A stretch of DNA of 37,510 nucleotides from Rozella allomycis CSF55 (lineage: Eukaryota). The DNA is taken from NCBI GenBank assembly GCA_000442015.1, contig KE560703.1, positions 1 to 37,510 on the forward strand, read 5' to 3'. A program made the position numbers and the translations under genes. Positions 12,401 through 25,300 of this stretch are shown here, piece after piece. Within the stretch, counting starts at the first letter, position 1. Every line of letters begins with the position of its first letter. The notes beneath the pieces are model-generated. The model was given only the letters and a program-made list of their open reading frames with translations. It made no database searches and was not told the origin of the DNA.

Positions 12401-15400
12401 CATTCTCATTAAACAATAGCGAATCAATGCCAGAAAACATCTTTTTGAAATGCTTTTGAATCTGATTAATATTCTTGTTATTCCCAACAATATCTAATAA
12501 ATCCAAATCACCAAGAAAATAAAAGCGAGGGAAATTTAATCTCTCTCGCTCTAAATAGTCACCCAGAGACTTTTGAATTCTGTTCAACATTTCTAGTAAT
12601 TTTTCCATTGATTTTTGAATGTGTGGAATATTTAAAACATTTAGAATTAAACTATTTTTAGAAACTTTTTTCATGATTGAAAAGAAATCAGTGTGGATGG
12701 ATTGAAATCTAGCAGACTCAACTGGCAATAAATGTTGAATGTCTGAATTGTCACTAAAAATACCTTCTAAATAGACCCATTGACGTTGAACATCAATCCA
12801 CACATCAAATAGTAATTGAATTTTAGTTAGTTTAGATTCCCAAATGATGCAATCTTGTTCAAATGGTTTAAAGAATGGAGAATTCTTCATTGATTTTAAA
12901 CCATTTAAATGTTCATTACATTTATTAAACAATTCATCCCAACCTTTTATGGTTTAAACATGTATTGTTACCTTTGATTAATTTACATTTATTTTGATAG
13001 TTTATTAAATCTAAATAATAATTTTCCCAAAATTCATTAATTTGTTTTAAATATTCTTCAATTGCTAATTCACCTTGCGATATTCTTAAAATTTCTTTTA
13101 AATCATTTTCATTTTTGTTTAAATTCCAAATAAATTTTAAATTCAAATCTGAAAATAAAATATTTGAAATATTTAAATTATTAAATAGAATTTTCCAATG
13201 TCTTTCTTTCATTGAAGGACCTTTTAAATCTATTAGAATTGAATTCATTTTAATAAATTCTTTAATCTTGTTGAATAGAAAATCAAAAGATTCGTATTGT
13301 TTAATTTTAAAAGGAATTTCTTTTAATTGATTTAAAATTGTTTCTAATTGATTTTTAACTCTTCTTGGAACAAAAACACTCCACAAAGTTTCACCAATTT
13401 CTTCAATTTGATTCCAATATAAACTTAAATTATCCCAAACTAATTTCACATCATTAAATTCTTCAATCAAATTATTTATTTTATCATTTTTATTTATTGT
13501 CAATTCCAATGCTTCTTTAGCTTTTAAAATTGATTCATTCTCTTCTTTAATCAAATTTAGTTTATTTTCAAATTCATTTAAATTGTTCAAAATATTTTTA
13601 AAATGAATTTTATCTCCTTTATCAACTTTAATTAAATTCCATTCTTTAATCAATTCATTCAAATTATTTTCATTTCCATTTTCTTTAACTAAAATTTGAT
13701 TCTTTAATTCATTCATTTTTTCTTTAATTATTTTATTTTTTCTTTCATAAATTTCATTTAAACAATCAAACTCTCCTTTAATCTGTTCAAAATAGATCCA
13801 TTCACTTGGAAAATTAAATTTATTATTTTCTAAAATTCTTAAACTAGATTTGAAATTTTCTAATCTATTTTCATACTCATTTTTATTCTTTTTAAACTTT
13901 TGAATCAATGAAATTAAATTTATTGCAAATTTTGATTCAATGGAATATTGTTCAATCTCTATTCTCAAATTAAATATTGTCTTGTAAAACTCTTTAATCT
14001 CTCTTCCAACTTGACTTCCAAACTCTTTAATCAATTCTCTTTCAATCTCCAAATATTTATTTTTAACCTTCTTTTCAATCTGTCCAAATTCTAATATAAA
14101 ATTTCCAATTATCTTTCTATTAAAATTTGTTTCAATCATTTTCCTATTCTTTTTAATCTCAATAAATATATTCTGCCATTTCTCCAAATCTACTCCCAAA
14201 TCTTTCTTTATTATCTCTTCAATATTAATCTCCCACAATGTCTCATAATTCTTAAACTCTTTCACAAATTTATTAATCTTTATCATTCTCTCCTGAATAA
14301 CAAAAATAGCCCTGGAAAACTCTTTAATTGATTTCTTTAACAATTCTTCAAATGTTTCTTCTGTATTCTCTACCTGGAATTCTCTAACTTTAATCTTTTT
14401 CAATTTACACACAACATCTATCATTAAACTATTAATAACTTTTTACTTGTAATTTCATACAGATTCTCAAACATCACTTTTCTAGCCATTTCAATTGGTG
14501 GTTGAATAATCAATTTATCATTCTTAAAAACTACCTTATGTCTAGACACAGCAGTTGCAATATGTGTATTAAAAGTATTAGAAACATGAGTGTCGACATT
14601 TCCATCTACTTCGCTGTCTAATAATTCATTTATTCCATTTATTTTCCCTGCTGCTTCTTCAACTAGCTCAAATCTCTTTATCCATCCAGAAATACCAACA
14701 TTCAACCTCTCCTTCAACAACTCACAAATTCTCTCATTCAATTTACACACATAAAACGGAACATTAGAAAATCCCTCCAAATTCATCTTATCAATCACAC
14801 CCTGGATCTCTCTCAATATTCTCTCAAACGTTTCCCTACAATACTCTACATTCTTCATCATCAAACTCTTCTCTTCAATCTCTTTAATCATCCCAATAGC
14901 AACCATCGTCTTTTCATTAAAATTATTAACAACATTATTCAAATCCCTAACAAACATCACATACCTATTTTCAACAACATTCATCGCTAAATATGCATTA
15001 ATGAAATTCTCCCACGTTATATTTATCCCCCTCTTCATCAGCTGCTGGAATTCACCCAAATAACAATCAACCAAATTTAAAACATCTTCATTCTCTCTAA
15101 TCATCGCCATCGTCTCATTATAACTATTCATCGTCTCCATCAATGACATCGCATGCGGATATATCCTCTTCCCATCCTTGGCTAAATTCATCACAGAATG
15201 CGGAATGGGCAAATTCATACTCTTCATATTCCTAACTTCTTTAAACAACGTAACCAATTGATACTCAAAAGATACATTCACTCTCAACAAATTCCCTACA
15301 CTCTTCTCAACCTTAAACACTCTCCCTTGTATGATCAATTCCTTTTTATTAATCTCTGCCAACCACGATTCAAATATCTTTTAAATCTAAATAAACTCCT

Positions 15401-17269
15401 TACTGGTTTAACATCCAATTTACGCATAAAATTTTGAATCTCATTAGACAACTTTGAGCCTTCTGTATACATTTCCCATCCTTTTCCCAACACATCTTCA
15501 ACTTTCTTCACTACAATCTCCAACTGTCGCTCAATTTGCTTGGCCCACATTATCGCACCAGAATAACTAGGAATGTCCCTAATCAAACTCAATTGTGCTG
15601 TATCTGAATTATGATACTCCATTGTAAACTTTTGCTGCAGCTGTTTAATATCCGCTTTTACATTCTCAATCAACTGGTTCTGATACTCTTGCACAGCACT
15701 TCTAATCTTTGGTCTCACAAATAGACTATTAAAATTAGCAAACGCTCTAAACATTTCAGTTGCATTCTTGGATCCAGATAATCTTTGTCGCAAAATAACT
15801 ATAATTTGATTCTCAATCTTTGATATTTGCTCATTGTAATTCATTTCTGCTAAATTCCACTGCTCAGCTCCTTCAACACTCAAATCCAACACATCAACAT
15901 TTTTCACACTCTCATAAGCCCTTTCAACATCTTCAACTGCCATCAACTCACTCTCAGACACCTTGGAAATCGTCAAATACAATTCTTCATGTTGTTTCCT
16001 AAAATTACTAATAAACACAATCTTTTCTTGAATTTTCAAATGCTTGTTAGTCATCTTCATTGTTAAAAACTTGTCTCCCCTCTTTCTGCCAATTTCTCTC
16101 GCCATTATTGAAAATTCTTGGAACTGATTCTCCCAAACTTCAAACACCTCCAAACAACTCTTCATCAACTGCTCAAACTCTTCATATCTCAAATACATCA
16201 ATCTCTTCTTCTTCAAGACTTTCATTATTTGTTCACTCAAATCACTGGAAATCGCTTCAACAAGCCCCAACGCTCTCTTCACTGGATATGGACTCAATTT
16301 CAACTTTTTAATTAAATGTCCAAATATCCCAAACAACGCCTCCTTGATCTTTTCCAAATCTTGAGCTGCCAGCAAATCAGACAACGGGAACTCTTTCATC
16401 AACTGATTATACTTCACAACCATCTCACTTGTCTCTTTCAACCCTGTATCCGCTAAAAATCCAACAGTCGCATGAAACCTCTTTGCATGCTTCAACACTT
16501 CCATAGTCAACACTATTCACAAATCAAAATTATTCTTACCAACATCATCATTCTTCAACTCTTGCTCAATTTGATTCAATGCCCTTTCCATATTCATCCA
16601 GAAATTAATCTCCTGACTAGCCGATCCAGACCCAACATCTCTATTCAATTTAGTCACCTTTTGAATCTCCTTTATCCACCCATTGACCTGTCCCTGCAAT
16701 CTAATCAAGAACGCAGAATCATTCAAAAGCTCTTCAGGCACATCATCAACACTCGCCCTCCTATTCTCATTCCTCGCTCTCTCCACAGCCTTCTTAATCT
16801 CCACATCAACACCCAACAACACTCTCGGGATATCCATATTCTCATGCAAATGCAACAACGCAATCTCCAACTCGGCCATCTTCTTCTTCGTCTGCGGCAC
16901 AATCCCGCTGCTCACCCCTCCCTCGCTCTCCTGCACAAACAAATCAAACATCGGAGACGCAAACCGATGGATACACGAAAATAAAACCTCAATCGCAGAG
17001 CCAGCCGGAACATACATGATCAACACCTGCGAATTTATCTCGGAACTCTCGTCAATACTCTGCTGCTTCTTGTACAACACACACCCCTCACACGCTTGCA
17101 CCGTGTTGTCCATAAACACCTCGCCGTCCCTGCTCCCAATAAAAAGAACAGGCGAATCTTGAATAAATAATTGGAGCTTCTCAGACTTTACACTTGATAA
17201 TAGAATATCTTGCTCACAGTTTAAAAGTGGTGGGACCACCCTCAAAATGTACTGCCGTAATTGTTCCAT
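3427..17269 (-). CDS. DYNC1H1: Cytoplasmic dynein 1 heavy chain, about 4463 aa, 13 intron positions
   Basis: P-loops GPAGTGKT (AAA1), GPSGSGKS (AAA2), GPPGSGKT (AAA3) and GTSGSGKT (AAA4); stalk/microtubule-binding domain ([13 protein letters not shown]); N-terminal tail. Ten single introns (26-30 nt, 278 nt total) and three double introns (173 nt total) leave 13392 nt, exactly 4464 codons. Confidence 0.96.
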
Positions 17270-17575
17270 GACCAGGGTAGCCGGATGGAGGGAGATTTGG
17301 ATATACTAATGCTAAATTGTATTAAACATAAAGACATAAATGAACTCTTCTAAAGTTCCCTAACGTCAATCAAATTTATTCGTTTTCAATTGGCTTTGCA
17401 AACCTACCCGATGAAGATATATAAGGGAAGAGATGGCGATTGATAAAATACTAATTCCGAAAGATCTATTTGTGTTGTGACACCACCGTAACAGCAATTA
17501 GAATATGTTTTTAATTGTTTAAAGGAAATGATGCTTTAATTAAACTAGCATTAACAACTAAACGAACTTTAATAA

Positions 17576-18568
17576 TTGGCTTGTGGTGTTTGCATTTTTT
17601 TGATAAATAGTCTTCACTTGATTTTTCAGGAATCTAAAAATTTCACTAAATTCTATTTTTATTTATATCGGTGTGCTTGTACCAAGCCACATATAATGAG
17701 AAAGAATCAAGTTTTCGAATTATTCAAACCTACAAAACGAAGTGAAATCTTTGGGTATTATACAAACTGCATTTTTTATTTCCTAAAACTTATCCCTTTA
17801 TTCAAGGATCCCATTGAATTTTTGATTCTGTTTTTATTGTTCGATGATACTGCAGCGTTTTATTTAGCCTTGTTAACAACAGGTCGCTTTGTTTTGTACA
17901 TGTTAGACTTGAAACACGGCAAAAAAGCATATAGTAACGGTGATCTAGTTGGACTTTATTCTAACACTTTTGGTTGGATGACATTTTTGGTATCCAGCAA
18001 GAATCATTATTGTTTTGCAAACGCTATACTAAAAGAGAAAACAATATATGAATCACTATTACTAAGAGTGTGGCAAGCCAAAAGAAGTAATGCACGTTTG
18101 TAAATGTTTTTAGAATATCTTGAGCTACTTTTCTTTGTAGCGCCATATTATTTATTGTTATTTCAAGTGAAACCTTTAGAATTTCATGGGTTGACTGGAG
18201 CGTTAAATATCTTGTCCATGATAGGTTTGGTTATAACATATTTTACAACATCCTTTTTCATGATGTTGTATCCATTTTTGACAATCCTTTCATGCAAAAC
18301 AATAGGAAATCAATGTAAAGATCGGTTACACCGAAAGTAGATTATATTTTTACTTTTTATCAGGATGACAAACATTTTGCAAGACGCAATGATGCGTGAT
18401 ACAGTTCAGAATAGATGTATGTCATATCATGAAGCAATTGGTGGAAATACAATGCACAGTGTTCAGTTAAATAACCAAGCGAATTTTTCTTCGACTTATT
18501 ATGCAAACGCGCATTCTACAATTAATTTATCGCCTGAAAGTATCGAGGGAATCAACAGGGCATCATAA
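17576..18568 (+). CDS. Hypothetical multi-pass membrane protein; start and C-terminus uncertain
   Basis: Three consecutive ORFs join in frame via two 27-nt GT-AG introns (gtaatgcacg...tttttag; gtagattata...ttatcag). Several hydrophobic stretches; no family recognised. Confidence 0.5.
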
Positions 18569-18878
18569 CTGACGACGCTCCTCCTCCTTACACCATAATT
18601 TGAATCAAAGAAGGCATTTTCAGCATTTTATTGATATTAAGTTAGTAACATATGTAATAAACTGATTTTTGACATGTTATGTCGTATTCCCTTTTGCATT
18701 AAATAATACATATGTGACTGCTGAGTAGTTCAAGACAAGTTAAACATATTGGGACATTGACAAAAGGCGACATCCGATACTGATATTCAAAAAACTTAGG
18801 GTTACAATTTTTTTGAATATGTTATCGCTGTGGAAAATTCCGCGCAAACCCTTGTCCTTGACTACTGAATTTTCACGA

Positions 18879-20403
18879 ATGCTGTCCTTTAGATTTCTAC
18901 CATCTAAGATCTTCCCACGGTCAATCCAAAATCAAAGGCGATTTTTGTCGATCCATGAGTATTTGTCAATGGGATTGCTATCAAAGTATAAAGTTCCGGT
19001 CCCTAAAGGCGATGTTGCAAGAACCCCTCAAGAAGCCTACCAAATTGCACAAAAATTAAGTAATTAACTAAATTATATGACAATCTAATAGATACTGAAG
19101 ACATGGTTATTAAAGCACAAGTCCTAGCCGGCGGGAGAGGTAAAGGAACATTCACCAATGGATTGCGTGGAGGAGTGAGAACAATTTTTTCGTAAGATTT
19201 AAAATGTCTATATCATAGTCCTACCGAAGCGAAAATGTTCGCAGAACAAATGATTGGTCAAAAATTGGTCACAAAGCAAACCGGGGCGGCTGGTCGGGTT
19301 TGCAATTCGGTAAAAAGTTGAATACATATAATTTACAGGTATTCATCTGTGAAAGATTATTTGTGAGAAAAGAATACTATTTCGCCATTTTATTGGATAG
19401 AAAAACAAGGGTAATGCAAATTTATCATCACGAAAGGGACCCGTAGTGGTAGCCAGCTCCCAAGGAGGCATGGACATTGAACAAGTTGCAGCTGAAAATC
19501 CTTCAGCTATTTTATCAGTTCCGATTGATATTAATAGAGGTAATAATTCTATTTGGACTATATCCAGGGTTGACAGCTGACGTTGCCCGTGATATTGCAA
19601 TTAAGGTTGGATTTAGCAAAAAATGTGTCGACCAAGTATTTCGTTTTAATATTTTATGAAAGGCCACTAACGTCATGATGAATCTCTACAAGCTTTTTCT
19701 TGAAAAAGACGCTACCTTGGTCGAGATCAATCCTTTGGCAGAATCTGCGGATTCAAAAGTTGTTTGCATGGATGCGAAATTAAACTTTGATGACAACGCT
19801 GACTTTAGACAAGAGGATGTAATGAAGCTACGTGATCCAAGTCAAGAAGATGCAAGAGAAGTGAAAGCAGCTGACTTTAAATTGAACTACATTGGCTTGG
19901 ATGGAAACATAGGCTGCTTAGGTAATATATGTTGATCAGATAGAAAAGTTAATGGCGCTGGGTTAGCGATGGCAACCATGGATATCATCAAACTTCATGG
20001 AGGTGAACCGGCCAACTTTCTTGATGTTGGAGGTGGTGCGACAGCCCAACAAGTAACTGAAGCCTTTAAAATCATTTCATCTGATCCAAGAGTATAACGA
20101 TGAACTATATCTAAGTAGGTGTCTTGCATTCTTGTAAATATTTTCGGAGGAATAATGCGGTGTGACATTATCGCCGAGGGGATTATTTCCGCTGTGAATC
20201 AATTAAATCTAAGCATTCCTCTTGTTGTGCGCTTGCAAGGAACAAGAGTAGATGAAGCTAAAGCTTTAATTTCCAAAAGCGGATTGAAAATTGTATCGGT
20301 TGATGATCTTGACATCGCAGCAACAAAAGCTGTCCAAATGTCGCAAATTGTTCAATTAGCTAGAAAGGCAAATATGCAAGTGAAATTTGAATTACCGATT
20401 TAA
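18879..20403 (+). CDS. LSC2: Mitochondrial succinyl-CoA ligase beta subunit (8 introns, 26-32 nt)
   Basis: Transit-like N-terminus followed by [48 protein letters not shown] and [10 protein letters not shown]. Confidence 0.95.
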
Positions 20404-20488
20404 AAATACCTAATAAATCCCCTTCCCTATACATTTCATATTTTTCTAGAATCTTCATTTAGGAAATTTTGGAACACCCTGGTAGCAA

Positions 20489-22187
20489 ATGTCTAGTGCA
20501 GCTGTTAAACTCATTAACCCAGGAGCTGATGTTGCAAGAAGCAGCCAAACACTTCAAATTAATACGACCGCAGCCGGTGGATTACAAGAAGTTGTGAAAA
20601 CAAATCTTGGGCCTAAGGGGACACTGAAAATGTACCTAATGATTTAATAATTAAGAATAGGCTTGTTGGTGGAGCAGGAGATATCAAATGTACTAAAGAT
20701 GGAAAGGTATTATTGAATGAAATGGTAAAATTGTAAAGTCAAAAAGATAGCAAATCCAACACCCTACTGCAGCATTGATTGCCAGAGCTGCTACAGCGCA
20801 GGATGATATTACTGGGGATGGAACTACCACCATTGTATTAATGATTGGCGAATTGTTGAAAATGGCCAACAGATATTTAGCTGATGGACTGCATCCACGA
20901 GTCATTACTGAAGGGTTTGAAATTGCCAAGAATGAGGCATTAAAGCTTTTGGAAGAATTTAAGTTGAAAATAAACATTGATAGAGAAGTTTTGGTAAATG
21001 TTGCACGCGCCTCATTGCGTACAAAAGTTCATCGTGATTTGGCTGATGCGTTGACAGAGGCTGTTGTGGATGCTGTTTTGGCAATCAAGAAGGATGGAGA
21101 ACCAATTGATTTGCACATGGTTGAGATTATGAAAATGCAAAGGAATGCAGATACTGATACACGTTTAGTGAAAGGATTAGTAATGGATCATGGTGCTAGA
21201 CATCCCGATATGCCAAAGAGAGTTGAAAACGCATATATTTTAACATTGAACGTTTCTTTAGAATATGAAAAAACTGAAGTTAATTCTGGCTTCTTTTATA
21301 GTTCAGCAGAACAAAGGGAGAAACTTGTTGAATCTGAAAGAAAATTCATTGATGATAGAGTTAGAAAACTAGTAGAATTTAAAAAGCAAGTTTGTGATGG
21401 AACTGATAAATCCTTTGTTATTATTAATCAAAAGGGGATTGATCCTTTGTCTTTAGATATTCTTGCAAAGCATGGAATTTTAGCTCTTCGTCGTGCAAAA
21501 AGAAGAAATATGGAAAGATTACAATTAGCTTGTGGTGGAGTTGCTCAAAATTCAGTTGATGAACTCTCTCCTGAAGTCCTTGGATATGCTGGCCTTGTGT
21601 ATGAACAAGTTTTGGGCGATGATAAATTTACGTTTATTGAAAATGTTAAAAATCCATTATCAGTTTCAATTTTGATTAAAGGGCCAAATTCTCACACTTT
21701 AACTCAAATTAACGACGCTGTTAGAGATGGATTGAGAGCTGTTAAAAATGCTATTGAAGATAACTCTGTGGTACCTGGAGCTGGTGCTTTCAATGTTGCA
21801 GCTTATAACCATTTAATGAAATTCAAAGATAGCGTCAAAGGGCGTGCAAAGTTTGGTGTCGATGCTTACGCCCAAGCTCTTTTGGTAATTCCAAAAACTC
21901 TCGCTGCCAATGCTGGTTTAGACGTTCAAGATGCTATTGTCGCTGTCCAAGAAGCTGCCTCTAATGGTCATGTTGCTGGCTTGGATCTTTCCACTGGAGA
22001 AGCCATGGATCCAGCTGTTGAAGGTATTTGGGACAACTATCGTGTTCATCGCCATATTTTACATTCAAGGTAACATTTCTTATAATTAATTTCTAGTACT
22101 GTTATAGCAAGCAATCTTTTGTTGGTTGATGAAATGATGAGAGCAGGAAGATCTTCCTTGAAAACGTCAAGTATTCCAAATAATTAA
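20489..22187 (+). CDS. CCT6: Chaperonin CCT/TRiC subunit zeta (3 introns)
   Basis: [51 protein letters not shown] and C-terminal [10 protein letters not shown]. Confidence 0.96.
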
Positions 22188-23013
22188 TAAAAGAATTTCC
22201 TCTTTAAATATTTTACTTTATTTCTATTGCCGTATTGCTGTTCATTCCTCCATAAAACAGTGGTGTAACCAGTACAGTTAAGACTTAAGATCCTCCCCAT
22301 AAAACAGTGAAAGAGTATTACAACAAAACATTAAATAGAAGATTTTAATACTAGAAGAGATTTTGCTTCTTCTCTGAGGCTGGCAAAGGATACGGCGTAT
22401 GTGCACAAAATTATTCACACTGACTTTGTGAATAATCTTGACGGCATTCATGAGTACTTTTAGTCGAAAATCCAGCTGTTGTTTTGCAGAGGAAACATCT
22501 AGTTTCAACACATGAAGAAAATTATCATCATGCGAAGACCTAATCTCAGCAACTTCAATCTTGCAGGCGATTCAACTAGAAAACGACACCGCACTACCCG
22601 CAAATCCAATTCCAGCTCAAGTAAGGAAGGAAATTCAGGTTTCACTTCCCTTATTAGCCCTACGCCAGAACAAATTAGCATTTGCCGCTGGGATCTGTTT
22701 ATACAGAAGGTTACTAGGTTTTTCATCTGGAAGAGGTTTGCCAGATATTCTACTTCTGTCAGGGATTTTATCAGAGAGGACTTTGTATAGCCTCCTTTTT
22801 CTAAGAGATTGTTCTGTAAGAAATCCCGCCTACATGTCAAGCCGGTCCAATAGCCCTCCATGAAAACATTAATGTCTTAAATAATTCAAGTAAATTACTT
22901 GACCTCAGTTATAAGTTCCATCGGACATCGATGTAGGCTGCTGGAACGACAAGGTGAATCTAAATAATTAATAAAAGAATTGTGTCATTAAATCTTTTAT
23001 TTTAATATTAGGC

Positions 23014-25117
23014 TTATGCAACCTTAATAGCCGAATTGCTGATATTCATTTTCTCCGCCTTTTTCGCCAATTTTTGATGATAAGAATTAACCATGTTCAT
23101 GAGATTGTCAATTTCATAAGAATTGTCCATGTCATCAACACTCTCCTCAATTTCTATGTTTTATATATTTAATTCATACTTTGATTTATCTCGTATAAGC
23201 TTTCTTCCAAAGTAGCAATTTTTCGTTTTAATGATTCCAGTTGCGAAAAAGTGTCATTTTGCTGCAAGGTACTTTCTTTTTCCCTTAAAGTAGCAAGAAT
23301 GTTATCTAATTTTTGCTTAACATCCTTTCTCGTCTTCTTTAAAACCTCTCTATTTTCAATATTTCTCTACATAATTTGGCTGTCTCTTAAGGTACCTTGT
23401 TGGTTTCCTCAATTTTTCTTTTGGCATCTTCAATGTTTTCAAAAGTTTCGAGTTCCTTTTTCATCTTTTCTCCCGACTCATGCAGTTTTGCAATTTCCTG
23501 TTCTACAAGTCTCTTTTGTTCTCGTGTCTTTACAAGCTCTAAATAACGCACATCATATTCTAAATTTTCAATATCCAATTCATTCACCTCTTTGTAACTC
23601 TTCTGGTTCCATCAATTTCAATTCCTTTTTCAAAGACGTAAGATCAAATTGTTCCTGATCAAGTGCAGGATATAAGTCTTCCGTTATATTCTTATATAAT
23701 TTTAACTGCTAATTCATACTTTAATACTTTCTGTTATTCTAGAAATGTTCTTTTCTGATTCATATATTCTCAACTCCAAATTCGACTTCTTTGCATCGTA
23801 AACATTCAAAAAGCTCTGTATTTCAGAGTCACGTTTTATCAAATCCTGGATCTTTTCTCTTTTTTCTGCCGAATAGTTTTGTGAATCATCAAAATCTTGC
23901 TGTTGTTGCAAAACGTTCTTGAATTTGGTTATGCTCTCTTGAAGTTCCTGAATTTTTCTTTCCATCGTTGATATCTCTACATTATCTTCCTTAATCTAAC
24001 TTTTCATTAATGCTTAAGTGTACTTGATTCAAAAGCATTTCTTTTTCTTTGTTTGCATCGATCGATTCAACCTGGGACCGTAAAGTGCTTTGCTCTTCAT
24101 TAGAAATCGCCTGTTTTGCCAGCTCTATTTTGACAAGAATCTCAATAGCCTTTTTCTTTACCGACGAGTCTTCGAAATTCTATTAAAACCTCTATATGTT
24201 ATTACCATTGCTAGCTGTTGATATTTATTCTTTAAATCATCTGTCTGTTTTTGTAACTTTAACAATTCTTTTTCGTCGTCACCTTGCTTGTTTCTCAAAT
24301 TGTCGTATTCACTTTTTAAATCATCTCCCTTGATTTTCTTAAATCTGCCTTTATTACCAGAGTTGATATTAATTGATTGATTTTCATGTTTTCTTCTTCA
24401 ATTAACCGATTGATGTCTTTAAGCATATTCTCATTCCTGTCACAAACGCATGATTATGGCCTTACTTTTGTGACTCCACAAATGCTTCATTAACAGCACT
24501 TTGAAGAAGGTCATTTTTCACATTTAATGCTTCAGAATCTTTAACTAGATCATCAATATCCCTATCTTTTTGAATCGCTTCAAACATGGTATTATAGTCC
24601 CCGAGCTCATCTTGGAGTTTGTTAACATCCTTTGTAATATCATCGGCTCTAATCTTATGCATGAATTAATTATAATACCGTTTTTCATAATTCATGTAGT
24701 TATCTTCTTCTTTTGACATTAATTCAACATCGGCGTTCAATTTTTCAATCTCTTGAGTAATCAATGTGATTCTTTGTTTAAACTCGCCGATGAAAAAATT
24801 TTTATCTTGATATACTCGTGCATTAGATCCTCCATAGCCCGTTTTTAGACCACCTATTCCAGTGACTGGTCGATTCAAATTTCCTTGTTTGAATCTTTCG
24901 AGCAGCGATTACCTTTCATAGTCATAGGTCTATTCATTATGCTAGTTTTTGGAGGCTAATGCTAAAAATTCATATGTATTACTAATCCGTTGGCTGTTTG
25001 CACGTTTGGCCCTGCGCGAGTTGGAAGCCTTCTACCCCATGCTATTTGTTGGAAACTTCAAAAATTACATGATGGAACTGGCCTTGAAGATGTTACTGGC
25101 CTATTTTTTTGAGTCAT
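23014..25117 (-). CDS. IFT74: Intraflagellar transport protein 74 (12 introns; start may lie up to about 50 nt further upstream)
   Basis: Basic N-terminus with repeated RP(M/V)T motifs, GGLKTG...RVYQDKNFF, YEKRADD...LQDELGDYN and QIKEDNVEISTMERK, followed by a long coiled coil. Confidence 0.85.
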
Positions 25118-25300
25118 AGGTCTGTTTGTTCCCCAAAAGTTAAAATCATATAAAACCATTACTCCATTTATGAATTAATAAACAAATAAACAAAAAACAA
25201 GTTTATATAGTGTAATATAAAGACCTTATCATTATTTATATTGTGTAATTGAGTGTCTTTTATTATTGGATGAAAATGCTCCGCCACACGTTGAATTTCA

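Noticed and set aside
3427-17269. Dynein as a frameshifted pseudogene or a split multi-gene locus
   Set aside because: Every break is bridged by GT-AG micro-introns, and the spliced length is an exact multiple of 3 with intact motifs.
22400-22790. Ty3/gypsy RNase H remnant (HTDF...RWDLFIQ)
   Set aside because: The motif spacing (about 80 aa) is far longer than expected, and no RT or integrase fragments are nearby.
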